Assembly: GCF_006345805.1 (NCBI RefSeq)
Contig: NC_043003.1
Span: forward strand, 17,670,001 to 17,734,000
DNA from: Octopus sinensis
Taxonomy: Eukaryota
Length of the DNA stretch: 64,000 nucleotides
Direction of reading: 5' to 3'
Of the stretch, positions 37,380 through 52,585 are shown piece by piece. Numbering within the stretch: the first letter of the stretch is position 1; each line of letters opens with the position of its first letter. The position numbers and the translations under genes were made by a program. The notes beneath the pieces are model-generated. The model searched no databases, was not told where the DNA came from, and saw only the letters and a program-made list of their open reading frames with translations.

Positions 37380-37606
37380 TATTATAAATTGATGGTAAAA
37401 TATTTCTTTACTTTCACCCATTTAATACAATAAGTAAGTTTATTGCATTGCAATTAAAATCTCATGTGTATTAATAATTTGGATATTATACCAACAGTAT
37501 ATTGGACAAGTATTATCCCTTAGTGGGTTGGATCCATAACCCCTAACTTACTTGGTATATATATATGTATGTAGACACACACGCACACACACATATATAT
37601 ACATAT

Positions 37607-37660
<54 letters not shown>

Positions 37661-38108
37661 TATATATGTGTGTGTATATATATATATATATCCATATATA
37701 AATTAAATTAGAGATAAAACCACTATTACGCAAATCAAACAGTGAAAAAATAAACCATATATAATATATATATATATATGTATCATGTAATCATTTGGTC
37801 AACCAGGTTATCAGGTGTTATTATACACTGCTAGTCACAATGCGCTTTGCATCATTTTAGCTTTTGAATGATGCCAATCTGCATGCTAGTTGAGCAGCCC
37901 AACATTCGCCCTGATCAGAGTGGACTAGAGCAATGTGAAAATGAAGTGTTTTGCTCAAGAACACAACATACAGGCAGTCTGAGAATTGGACCCACAATCT
38001 CATGATCATAAGTGCAACACACCTGACCACTTGACCTCCCACCTTCACGTGTATATATATATATATATATATATAGGTAGATAGATAGATACATACATAC
38101 ATACATAA

Positions 38109-38173
<65 letters not shown>

Positions 38174-38507
38174 GACATACATACATATATACATACAGTA
38201 TATATATATATCCCATGCTTATTTTGGGGTTTGTGTGTATGTGTGCATGTGTGTGTGTGTGTGTGTGTGTATGTACTCACAGCAACAAGTCCCTGGTGTG
38301 GCCTGGCTTTGTAAATAACTTAACCCAAATTACAGCAGTATTTAAATCTTTAGACAAAGATTTATGAGCTAACTACTAATACTTCTTTCCCTTAGCTTTC
38401 CTATTTTGAGAGAAGGGTGTGATTGATTGGACCGAGACCCAGTCGCAAACAGAAATAAAGTTCACAGCAAGTAAGTTTTAAGAGGTTAATGAAATTTTAT
38501 ATTATAA

Positions 38508-38910
38508 GGTGCAGGAGTGGCTGTGTGGTAAGTAGCTTGCTTACCAACCACATGGTTCCGGGTTCAGTCCCACTGTGCGGCACCTTGGGCAAGTGTCTTC
38601 TACTATAGCCTCAGGCCAACCAAAGTCTTGTGGGTGAATTTGGTAGACGGATACGGAAAGAAGCCTGTCATATATATATATATATATGTATGTATATATA
38701 TGTGTGTGTTTGTGTGTCTGTGTTTGTCCTGCCCCCCCAAATCGCTTGACAACCGCTGGTGGTGTGTTTACGCCCCCTAAACTTAGTGTTTCAGCAAAAG
38801 AGACCAATAGAATAAGTTCTAGGCTTACAAAGAATAAGTCCTGGGGTTGATTTGCTCAAATAATGGCAGTGGCCACACTCAATGACTGAAACAAGTAAAA
38901 GAATAAAAAA
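38508..38910 (+). mobile_element. SINE S2
   Basis: Family sequence match by eye. Confidence 0.88.
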
Positions 38911-39193
38911 GTGAAAAAAAACTTCTATTACTTGTTTCAGTCATTTGACTGTGGCCATGCTGGAGCACCGCCTTTAATCGAGCAAAAAAACTTCTTGGCT
39001 TCAGGCACATTCTCTCAGATCAACTCACTTGCCAAGTAGGTTTAGGATATATACATCATTACATATACTGAATAATGGAACAAGGACAGTAATTTCAGGG
39101 GGAGGGAAAAAGTCGATTAGATTGACTGCCAGTACTCAGCTGGTACTAACATTTCTGTCAGCTCGCCAGCTTTGATGATGATGATGATGATAA

Positions 39194-39273
<80 letters not shown>

Positions 39274-39283
39274 TTAATAATAG

Positions 39284-39618
39284 TGAAGGCGCATGGCTCA
39301 GTGGTTTGAGCGTCGAGCTTATGATCGTGAGGTTGTGAGTTCGAATCCCGGACCGGGCTGCGTGTTGTGTTCTTGAGCAAGACACTTTATTTCATGTTGC
39401 TCCAATTCACTCAGCTGTAGAAATGAGTTGCAACGTCACTGGTGCCAAACTGTATTGGCCTTTGCCTTTCCCTTGGATAACATCGGTGGCATGGAAAGAG
39501 GAGGCTGGTATGCATGGGTGACTGCGGGTCTTCCATAAACAACCTTGCCCGGACTTGTGCCTGGGAGGGTAACTTTCTTGGTGCAATCCCATGGTCAATC
39601 ATGACCGAAGGAGGTCTC
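39284..39618 (+). mobile_element. SINE S3a
   Basis: TGGCTCAGTGG / GAGTTCGAATCCC boxes and conserved core. Confidence 0.9.
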
Positions 39619-40503
39619 AGCAGCAGCTCAGTATTAATAATGATAACGATAACAACAACAGCAGCAATAACAACAATGATGACAATGACGACGACGATGA
39701 CAATGATGATGATGATGATGATGATGATCCTTTCTATTATAACTAAAGGGCCTGAAATTTGGAACAAGGAGTATAGTCAATTACATCAACCATAATGCAC
39801 AACTGGTAGCTAGTACTTAGTTTATCAATCCTGATTTGTTGAAAGGCAAAGTCAACCTCGGTGGAATTTTTAACTCAGAATGTAAAGACAGGTAAGATGG
39901 CACTGACCATTTTGCCTGGCATACTAATGATTCTGCCAGCTCACCACCTAGCATATACTTAATAATAATTATGGAACAAAGAAATTAACGATATTTCTTG
40001 AGTGTGTAACTTCATAATCTTAATCCTGAACCTGATCATCACCATTTTAATGTTCACTTTCCATGCTTGCGTGGGTCTGATGGCATTCACTGAGGCAAAG
40101 TTTCTACCACTGGATGCCCTTCCTGTTGCCAACCTTCATCTGTTTCCTAGTAAGCTAATATTTCCCCCCTATGCCTGAACATGTTACCACAGAAGATCGG
40201 AAATGAGCAACCCCACTTAAATGTTGGTGACACACATTTACAACTGTTGCTTAATGTTACAACAAGAAGATGCAGACATATCCATGCACACACACACACA
40301 TAAACATACATGATGGGATTCTATAAAGTTTCCATTTACCAAAAGGTTTGATAGGCCTTGAGGATATAAGTTACCTTGCAGTGGGTCTGACCTCGAAATC
40401 ATGTGCTTAAGAAGCAGACTTCATAACTACACAGCCATGCCTGCACCTATCTCTGATTCTCCCTCTGCACACATGCATGCGTGTGTGTATTTGTGTGTGT
40501 GTG

Positions 40504-40917
40504 TGTTTATTGAAATTGAAAGTTTCATGCCATTGTAATCATCAAGCAAGAACTATTACAATTCAGTATTAGTGGTACATTTATATCCTTTAGTGTGTGT
40601 ATGTGTGTTTATTGAAATTGGATGTTTCATGCCATTGTAATCACCATGCAAGAACTGTTCCAATTCAGTGTTAGTGGTACATTTATATCTTTTAGTGTGT
40701 ATGTGTGTGTGTGTGTGTGCGCGTGTGTGTGTTTATTGAAATTGAAAGTTTCATGCCATTGTAATCATCAGGCAAGAACTGTTACAATTCAGTGTTAGTG
40801 GTACATTTATATCCATTAGTGTGTGTGTATGTGTGTATGTGTGTCTGTGTGTGTATGTCTGTGTGTGTGTGTCTGTGTATGTGTGTGTGTAGTTTTAGTG
40901 AAATTGAAAGTTTCATG
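40504..40917. repeat. Minisatellite: about 85-bp core x3.3 separated by growing (GT)n spacers
   Basis: Unit starts at 40507, 40609, 40733 and 40896 (periods 102, 124, 163). Confidence 0.9.
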
Positions 40918-42109
40918 TGTGTGTGTGGTCCAGTGCTTCTGTTGATTCAATGGTTAACATTTTGTGCTCATTGAATATTGTTTTGCTTTTTTTTTGTTGT
41001 GATGTAGGGTTTGTGTTTCTTGTAATCATTGATGAGAAGGTATGTTATTAATTTGTCTATGATTTGTTGGTGAATTGGTGATGAGGCATGTTAATATTTT
41101 TTCTTTTTTCAGGTAGGTATGTGTAGGTATGAAAGGTGGTATGTGTTCTGAGAAAGATTGATTATGAATGAGATTAGCTGTAAAACTAATTAAGGACATA
41201 TCTTTTGTGAGTAGCTACCAATATATCCCTAATTAACGTCTGAGTGATTTGGGTGTATTGTGCTTTAAAAGATTTATTTTGAAGTGTGCGGTGGGTAATA
41301 AAACATGTCTTTTTATGGCTTTTGCTAACAATGGAGTTTTATTTCTTTGTTTTAGAAAAATCGTGTGTGTGTGTGAGAGAGTGTGATGTGTCTATGTAAG
41401 TGTGTGTATATCTACATGTATGTATATGTATATTCAAACATTGAAAATCTATGAGAGCAATAATGACAAATAAAGATGGAGATAGATAGAGAAGGTAGAG
41501 GCAATAGTAGAGAGTAATATTAAGAGACGATATCTGGGAAGTTACTAAAGAAATCTATAATTGGAAAATACTGTAGATATAGGTCGGTTGAAGCTTGAAT
41601 TGTTTTACGCTCCGTGCATGTTTCTGTGTGATATTAACATATAATTTTCTGTGCTGAGTTTTACATTACATGTGATGAATTTTCTATCTCTTAATCATAT
41701 CAGTGCCATAAGAAGCATTTCTAGTTTAATAAATGGATATATATTTCGTGTATTTCTGATTGAATAGTAAATCCAGTAAGAATTTACAATACTCATTTCC
41801 AAATATTAGATTCTAGTCAAGAGAATTGGGGCTGTCCTTTAGCTAACAAGCATATTAATGTGGAGTGTGATTTTTAAGGGATTTCCCTTGAGCTAAATGC
41901 ACATTTTTGCAATACTATCCATATGCGCTATAATTGATATATACAATATTGCCTTTGTGGCACATGCTCTATTCCAATTACCAGAATGTAATTACAGCTT
42001 CATTACATCCTGCTTAATGTCTAATGCATCATAAAGATACTTATATTCAGAGGAATAGCAATTTCTGTTAACGATACTGGAAAAACTATATCGGTCAAAT
42101 TCATTTATT

Positions 42110-42535
42110 CTTTTATTCTGTTATTTGTTTCAGTCATTTGACTGCAGCAGTGGCCATGCTGGAGTACCGCCTTTAATCAAAGAAATCGACCCTGGGACTT
42201 ATTCTTTGTAAGCCCAGTACTTATTTTATCGGTCTCTTTTGCCAAACCGCTAAGTTACAGGGACATGAACACACCAAGATCAGTTGTCAAGTAATGGTGG
42301 GGAGACAAACACAGACACACAAACACACACACACACATATATATGTATGTATATATATATATATATACACAACAGGCTTCTTTCAGTTTCCGTCTACCAA
42401 ATCCACTCACAAGGCTTTGGTCGGCCCAAGGCTATAGTAGAAGACACTTGCCCAAGGTGCCATGCAGTGGAACTGAACCCGGAACCACGTGGTTGGTAAG
42501 CAAGCTACTTACCACACATCCACTCCTGCGCCTAT
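42110..42535 (-). mobile_element. SINE S2
   Basis: Family sequence match by eye. Confidence 0.9.
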
Positions 42536-43129
42536 GTAGAACATATTCAAGATCAGGCATGTGGTTTAATGGTTAGGGTGTTGGACTCATGATTGTAGAA
42601 TTGTGGTTTCGATTCCTGGATCAGGTGACACATAGTATTCCTTAGCAAAACACATCATTTTGCATCACTCCAGTCCACTCACCTGGCAAAAATGAGTAAT
42701 CCTGTGACAGACTGGTGTCCCATCCAGGTGAGGAATATATATGCCTTGGAAATCAAAAAACTGGCCTTAATGAGTCAGTACAACTCAAGAAGAAAACTTT
42801 ACCTTTTCTTTTACACACATAACCCATGTTCTTTTAGCACCAAAGATAAAATAAATTCCCCTCCCTATTTATAATTACCTGCAAATTGAAAGAGTAAAAT
42901 CGGCCACATTTCTATAAGCTGGAGCATTGTTGAAATTACAGCCCCATATCCCAATGGCACTCTAGGATGCAATTCATGTCCAGCCGAGTAATTTGGTATC
43001 TTGATACAAATATTTGTATTTAGCTAAAACATTTTGAAATTCTGTCCCTGTGTAGACATATCATGTTAGAAAGCATAAATAGAATATATTTTTTTCAACT
43101 GAAATCATTATTCCAACAACAAACCACTT

Positions 43130-43545
43130 TCTCCTGTATAGAAATTTATCAAAAAAATATCCTGCAATATCAAATTAATGCATAACCACTTCAAAAACAA
43201 ACACAACAGCCTATATTTCATCCACTACAAACACACACATAAATCCAAATAGTAGAAAACAAAAACAAAATGTGATCTGGTTCACTCCACTGATCAGCAG
43301 GAATTCTATTACCCATGTGCTAAAACAGTTTGTCATCATAATCAACAAACACTCCAATAAAGACAACATATTTCATAACTTATGTCAAAATACGTCACCA
43401 ATGTAATAATTGGTTCAAACAGATCAAGATTAAAAACCAATGCAAATACATCCAATTTACCATTGTGGATTTTTACCCATCAATCACCTTTTATATAAAG
43501 ACAGCATTAGATAAGCTCAAAACTTTATTACATTCTAGATGATAG
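43130..43545 (+). pseudogene. Penelope-like (Neptune-type) ORF remnants
   Basis: QNVIWFTPLISRNSITHVLKQFVIIINKH (cf. RNIIWFNPPYS..V.TN....FL.LIDKH) and WFKQIKIKNQCKYIQFTIVDFYPSI (cf. RT motif FDIxxFYPSI). Confidence 0.7.
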
Positions 43546-43873
43546 CTTTTATTTAACACAAAGGAATGATACGTAAAAGCCATGGTGAAGTGTTTGACAT
43601 TTCTATATGAAGTTATAATAATGAGGGCATATGGCCTAGTTGTTAGAGCATTGTACTTACAATCACCAGGTCATAAGTTTGGTTTTTGCACAGGGTGGTG
43701 TGTTGTATTTTTTAACAAATCACTTCATTTTCCAGTACTCTTGTGCTGTGTGGGGACCTGTACATCAAAGAATAGACCCAACATTTCCCCTGCATGTTGT
43801 AAAAGGCAACTGAAAGTGGTTGAGGTAGGATTTGCACTCTGACTGCACAAAACCTTTACCAGCAACAGCAAGT

Positions 43874-44180
43874 GGAGGCGCAATGCCCCAGTGGTTAGGG
43901 CAGCGGACTCACGGTCGGAAGATCCCGGTTTCAATTCCCAGACCAGGCGTTGTGTGTGTTTATTGAGCGAAAACACCTAAAGCTCCACAAGGCTCCGGCG
44001 GGGGGGGGGGGCGACCCCTGTTGTACTCTTTCGCTCCAACCTTCTCTCACTCTTTCTTCCTGTTTTTTGTCCCCGACTTCCTACGCAACCGCTGAGCCTG
44101 GATGCATATTCATCCATCCGTTGATGCTCTCGGTGTCGGGGGTTGACCTGCTTTCTCTTCTGTGGGTCTTACGAATAGCA
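43874..44180 (+). mobile_element. SINE S3c
   Basis: GCCCCAGTGGTTAGGGCAG head, GTTTCAATTCCC B-box; head shared with 25850-26165. Confidence 0.8.
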
Positions 44181-44458
44181 AAGGACCACGTTTCGGACTT
44201 CTCTCACTACAGACAATCCTGAGGCACGATCTTGCAAGCTCTGGGACAAAGATCGCTTTGCTCAACAAACAAACAAACAAACCAGCAACAGTAACCCAAA
44301 TAGATCCATGGATTGGAGGGTTATCACTTGAGTGGTGCAAAGGTATCATCGACTTGGAGAAGTAAGGAATCACCAGCAAATGGTGGATGCAGTGATGTGC
44401 TACTACAGCCCATGCACTCTTACGACTACTACTACTACTACTACTACTACTACCACTA

Positions 44459-44502
<44 letters not shown>

Positions 44503-44757
44503 ACTACTGCTACTACTACTACTACTACTACTACAAAAGTGATGAGGTATGTAGATTCATACACCTACCTCTTTTGAGTGATCTACCAAGAGATACATAA
44601 CAATACTAGTATAAGACTGTATAGTGATGATGAAATAATAGTTTCAAATACTCAGATAGGATTCACAACTAATAATCACATCTAAAAAAGAGTCCTTGTT
44701 ACCTTGAAAAGTTCTATCTGAGATTAACCCTAGAAATAAAGCAACTACCTACCAATC

Positions 44758-47170
<2,413 letters not shown>

Positions 47171-47343
47171 ATTTTTTTCATTTGTTTAATGTATGTCAGA
47201 TTATTTCTGTGATGTAATGATCGGAACTTCATTCTAAGATGTACATGAATGCATACGCACATATATAAACAGCAAAAATAGAAACATAGACACACTCCCA
47301 TATAAATACAGTGAGAAAAATGGAGGAAATCAAGGTAAATATG

Positions 47344-47382
<39 letters not shown>

Positions 47383-47631
47383 ATGCTTTGTGTGTGTGTG
47401 AACATATATGTGTATGTGCATGTATCCATTTATATACATACAATTATGCAAGCATACATATGTATGTTTGTATGTATGTATGTGTATGTATATATATATA
47501 TACATACATATATAACGCATACATATATATATATATAATATCAGCAGGTGATATATGTATGTATGCATGCATGTACATATGTATGTATGTATATATGTAT
47601 GTATGCATGTATGCATGTATGTATGAATATA

Positions 47632-47663
<32 letters not shown>

Positions 47664-47841
47664 TGTGTGTGTGTGTGTGTATTCAGTTAGATTATTAAAG
47701 TTGGTTATTGTTCCATTGTAGGCATTAGTTAGAATTTTGCACACCTGGTGGTTTTCAGATGGAATGAAGGAAACATTTATATATATATATATATCATCAT
47801 CATCATCGTTTAACGTCCGCTTTCCATGCTAGCATGGGTTG

Positions 47842-47871
<30 letters not shown>

Positions 47872-47878
<7 letters not shown>

Positions 47879-48246
47879 CCTTTCTGTCTGTCAGTGTGCC
47901 TTCTAGGATCTCAGGCATCCTCCATCCAATTGCGCTCAAATTTGATATGTAGACACCAACAGTATCAGGGCATGTATAATCTTGCAAAAATGACAAAAAT
48001 CGATTTCAGGAGAGAATGCAATCGATAAAGCCATGGGAATGTGCATTTGTAAAATCGTTTTTCTTGGAATAGAAAAAAGTCTATCTTTATTTCTTCTTTT
48101 GATGGTGTCTGAAATTTAGGTTAAATCAGTGTTTCTCAAACAGGAGGCCTATGGGACGGTCGGACAAGTTGTTTTGAGAAAATTTGGTTTAAATGTTTGA
48201 CAATTCAGCACCGTCCATTAGAGGTGGGGGGAGCGGCGTTTTGCTC
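47872..48246 (+). mobile_element. Non-autonomous Helitron-like element; inverted relative at 53250-53812
   Basis: tatataaaatcc..tctgtctg start; shared blocks ggatctc..catcc..ttgcg.tcaaatttgata and ttgttttgagaaaatttgg. Confidence 0.6.
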
Positions 48247-48285
<39 letters not shown>

Positions 48286-48299
48286 CATACATACATACA

Positions 48300-48335
<36 letters not shown>

Positions 48336-49134
48336 TATACATTTATATACATACATACATAACATATATATAGACAGATGATACAAAAAAAACAAGGATG
48401 GGTCATTCAGTGTTTTCTTTCTTCAGTCAAGTTCCGGATTACTTTTGCAATTTCTGCTGGTCATACTCAAGATTTCTCCAATCTGGCCAGTCCAAAGGAA
48501 AAACTAATCTAAGAGCACACTAGATTCCTTGGAAGAAAGCAGCAAATATATGCGAAAACAAGGACACAAAAAAAATGGAGAAATAGTACACAAATACAAA
48601 TGCAAGTAAAAAACCATATATATATATAAGGATACACAAAAAATACAGTAGGGAGCATAAATAATATTAAATGTCAATAAACCTTCGGATATTGTGCTGT
48701 GTTTTTGTTACTGGCTTGAGAGAAAAATGTTTAAAAAATTAGTTTAATGCATGATAAGATATAATATAATATAATGAAAGCAACATATCAATCCACCATT
48801 CACAACATGAAATAACTTAAAATGTATTTACAGGACTGGTTCATATGCACAACTCTTTGTTTTACTCTTGAGATTAAATTAACGATTAAAAACGAACTGC
48901 GGCATGTTTGGCATGAATTGATATTTAATTTAATAGTAATGTTTGTAGTCCCTAGAGTATTTTGGTATGCTTGTTATTGCATGTATCTTGCATTACATTA
49001 TACATAGATACATACATATGTATGAGTGTATGTGTGTGTGTATGTATGTATGTGTATATGTATTTATATATATATATATACACACACACATATATATATA
49101 TACATATATGTAAGTATATATATGTATGTATATA

Positions 49135-49165
<31 letters not shown>

Positions 49166-49348
49166 TTGTGTGTATGTATGTGTGTGTGTATGTATGTATG
49201 TGTATATGTATTTATATATATATATATATATGTATGTAAGTATGTATGTATGTATGTGTATGTATGTCTGTATTAGTGCATGTATATGCATATGTGATTG
49301 AATGTGCGCACACACACACACGTTCACACATACACACACACCCATATT

Positions 49349-49380
<32 letters not shown>

Positions 49381-49444
49381 TGCTGCCATTTTATATTTTT
49401 AATTTCGTGCCTGTGCATTGTTTGTTCTTGATTTTGTTGACTAC

Positions 49445-49700
49445 ATAGTATAGTAGGGCAAGCTGGGCACCGTCTCTGAGAAAAACAGCACCATGATGTA
49501 AATCACTCAGCCAGAAATTTGGAAACAACATACTGTACTGCTTGGCATTCACAATGGTAGCTCCAGTATGAGCAGATGGTTAACACACAGAACAACTGTT
49601 GGCTTGCCATGTCCCCAAATGATGTACCAACAATGATAAAATTCAAACATCCAGACAACATCATAGTGTTTGGAGTAATCACTAGTGATGGTGATTTCCC
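49445..49700 (+). pseudogene. Internally deleted Tc1/maT-like transposon remnant
   Basis: EIWKQHTVLLGI and LAMSPNDVPTMIKFKHPDNIIVFGVITSDGD. Confidence 0.6.
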
Positions 49701-50701
49701 TTGATTTCCCTTCGCAAATACTAATCGGACGCAGACAGTGTGTCATTAGCCAGCTGAAGGAGATGTCTTCCTGGGGCTATAAACAACAGTAGCATTGTCT
49801 CCTATGGGTCTGTCACATTTAGGTGGCAAATATACTTCACAATTCTGTTCTGCTACTGGTTAATGCTCGCTCAGACATTTATTATTGCTTGTTTCTCCTT
49901 TCATGAGATCAGTGAAGTTTGTCACTGGAAAAAGTATACAGTATTTAGCATTTGGAATGGGTTTTCATCACTAGCTGATAATTGTCACATGCTGATGATG
50001 GGTGACTACCCAGAAACCCAGGTCTGTGTGTATCACATAAGGCTAGAGATGGGAACAATGATTTCTCTTCGCAGATATTAATTGGACACAGACAGTGTGT
50101 CATTAGCCAGCTGGAGGAGATGTCTTCCTGGGGCTATAAACAACAGTAGCATCATCCCCTATGGGTCCGCCACATTTAGGTGGTAAATATACTTCACGAT
50201 TCCATGCTGCTACTGGTTATGTCTCACTCAGAGATTTATTATTGCTATATATATATATATATATTATATATATACATACATACTCATATATACTCACACA
50301 GACTTAGATTTATGTTCATATATACATACACACACACACATATATATATATACTTGTACACACACACACCCATAATATATACATATAGACATTTATACAT
50401 ACAAACACACACAATTACAATGATGTAAGCATATATTTTTGTATATAGTTTTTAAAGTTGGAATTTTATTGATTTCATAATTTTATTCATTTATATATGT
50501 GTGTGTGTGTGTGTGTGTCTTTCTTTTTCTCAGTAATATAGCCAGGTGTCTTTGACCAAGTGATGTGCTAGTTATCTCCATAAAGGACACCTCACCAACA
50601 TGTGTTTATAAGTACATTCGCATATGGTACACATTCACAAACATATATGTATGTTTATATATTTATAAACATCTACATATGCATCTATACATATCCATAT
50701 G

Positions 50702-50740
<39 letters not shown>

Positions 50741-51089
50741 ATGTTTATATATATGTATATACACACATACACATATATGTATACATATTTGAGATTTCTG
50801 ATGACCTAAATGGACATGGAACAGCTGATTTTATCATGAAAACCGTAAAGATTTAGCTATTCTTAATTTATCCATATATTGATTTCTTTACATTATTAAA
50901 AATCTGAAGAAAACACACCTTTCTATGTAGCATGAATTGACATTTTACCTAATTTCAAACTGTCACTCTTGGAATAAAATGTCTCGGCGAAACAATATAA
51001 AATGTAAAATATAAGTAATGGTTCTATATTTTCTTTTTTTTTTTTTCCTGAAAATATACAACTTTCAATATACCATATTTAGTCACATT

Positions 51090-51276
51090 CAAGGGTGTGC
51101 TGAAAGTCCCTGGCTTTGTGTAAAAGAAAATACAGGAGGATCATTTTATTATGGTTTTATTGAACATATTCCCATCTCAGATCCATACACTATTGCAGCA
51201 GTCTTTCAGTTTTCTAAGCCCCGTAAAAGGACTTTTGTGATACCCTTAAAGCCAGGAACTTTTCAGCACACCCTCA
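51090..51276. mobile_element. mariner-type MITE
   Basis: TIRs agggtgtgctgaaagtccctggcttt / aaagccaggaacttttcagcacaccct. Confidence 0.8.
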
Positions 51277-51496
51277 TATAAGCAGCATCACTAATTTAGT
51301 GTTAAATCTTGGTACAAAAGTTTTTCCCTTGTAGTTTTAGCTCTGCCCCATTTATAAGTTCCATCCAAATTTTTTCGGTTAAAATCACTATATATATATC
51401 TCTATTTACTTGTTTCAGTCACGGGGACATAAACACACCAGCATCGGTTGTCAAGCGATGTTGGGGTACAAACACAGACACACACTCACATGCATG

Positions 51497-51530
<34 letters not shown>

Positions 51531-51567
51531 TTTATATATATTATATATATATATTATATATATATAT

Positions 51568-51600
<33 letters not shown>

Positions 51601-52498
51601 CAACGGGCTTCTTCAGTTTCCGTCTACCAAATCCACTCACATGGCTTTGGTCGGCCCGAGGTTATAGTAGAAGACACTTGCCCAAGATGCCATGCAGTGG
51701 GACTGAACTCGGAACCATGTGGTTTGTAAGCAAGCTTCTTACCACACAGCCACTTCTACACCTATATATGAGTAGACAGAATAATTTTAATATTGCAACT
51801 TTCATTCTGTTAGTGTGACTAAGAAGTAACCATTCCATGAATTCTTGAGATTTTCTTTGAATATATATATAATTTTTTTTTAAATTAACATCCCCTAGAT
51901 AATATTGTCTCAAGTCCTAGAACTCATAGGGGTCAGTTACCTAATTTCCATGGTATATAAGGGGCTGAGATGAACAACATTAATCCCTAGTAGGTCACCA
52001 GTTTGACACAGAATTATATATTTACAGTTAGGTGAACTGGAGCAATGTGAAATAGAATGTTTTACTAAAGAACACAATGCACCGCCCTTTTCAGGAATTG
52101 AAACCACAATCTTGCGAGCATGAGTAAAACACCCTAACAACTGGGTTACATACCTTCACTAAAAATAGAGCCAGCAAGTTAATTATTTAAGTATGTGAAA
52201 TGAGTTATTCCTAATAAAATTAGAGATTTTGGCATGCTATAAAACAAATCATTGGCAATAAGCATTACTTTTTAATTTTATTTACATCAACATTATGTTT
52301 CATTTATTTTCATCAGATGTCTAGTTCATAGATGTTTACATAGTGTCAGAATCTATGCATTAAATATTTAACATCAATGTTATGATTCAATGTTTCAGTT
52401 TGATGGAATTCCGTGTTGGTGCATAAAATATTGAAAACGAAAGTTTCATCTCTAAAGCTGAGGTCAATAGTTTATGTCTCATGAATCTATTTCATTAC

Positions 52499-52585
52499 CT
52501 GTCTTCTTCCCATACACATAATTTCAGTTTTCTCCCGGGGTTTTCCAGCCTCGTGTATGCTGGTCGAAGAGCTTGTAGGAAATAT
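52499..52585 (-). CDS. Candidate 87-nt symmetric coding exon
   Basis: agttttcag| ... CAG|gtaatg; open frames xYFLQALRPAYTRLENPGRKLKLCVWEED and IFPTSSSTSIHEAGKPREKTEIMCMGRRQ; GC-richer than its flanks. Confidence 0.35.

Noticed and set aside
40504-40917. CRISPR-like array
   Set aside because: Eukaryotic context, spacers are (GT)n, and there are no cas genes.
40920-41360. Assignable LINE ORF on the minus strand
   Set aside because: Looks coding-derived but I could not identify any diagnostic motif.
44185-44220. Hammerhead-like gtccGAAACGTG on the minus strand
   Set aside because: The core is unrecognisable and there is G at the cleavage position.
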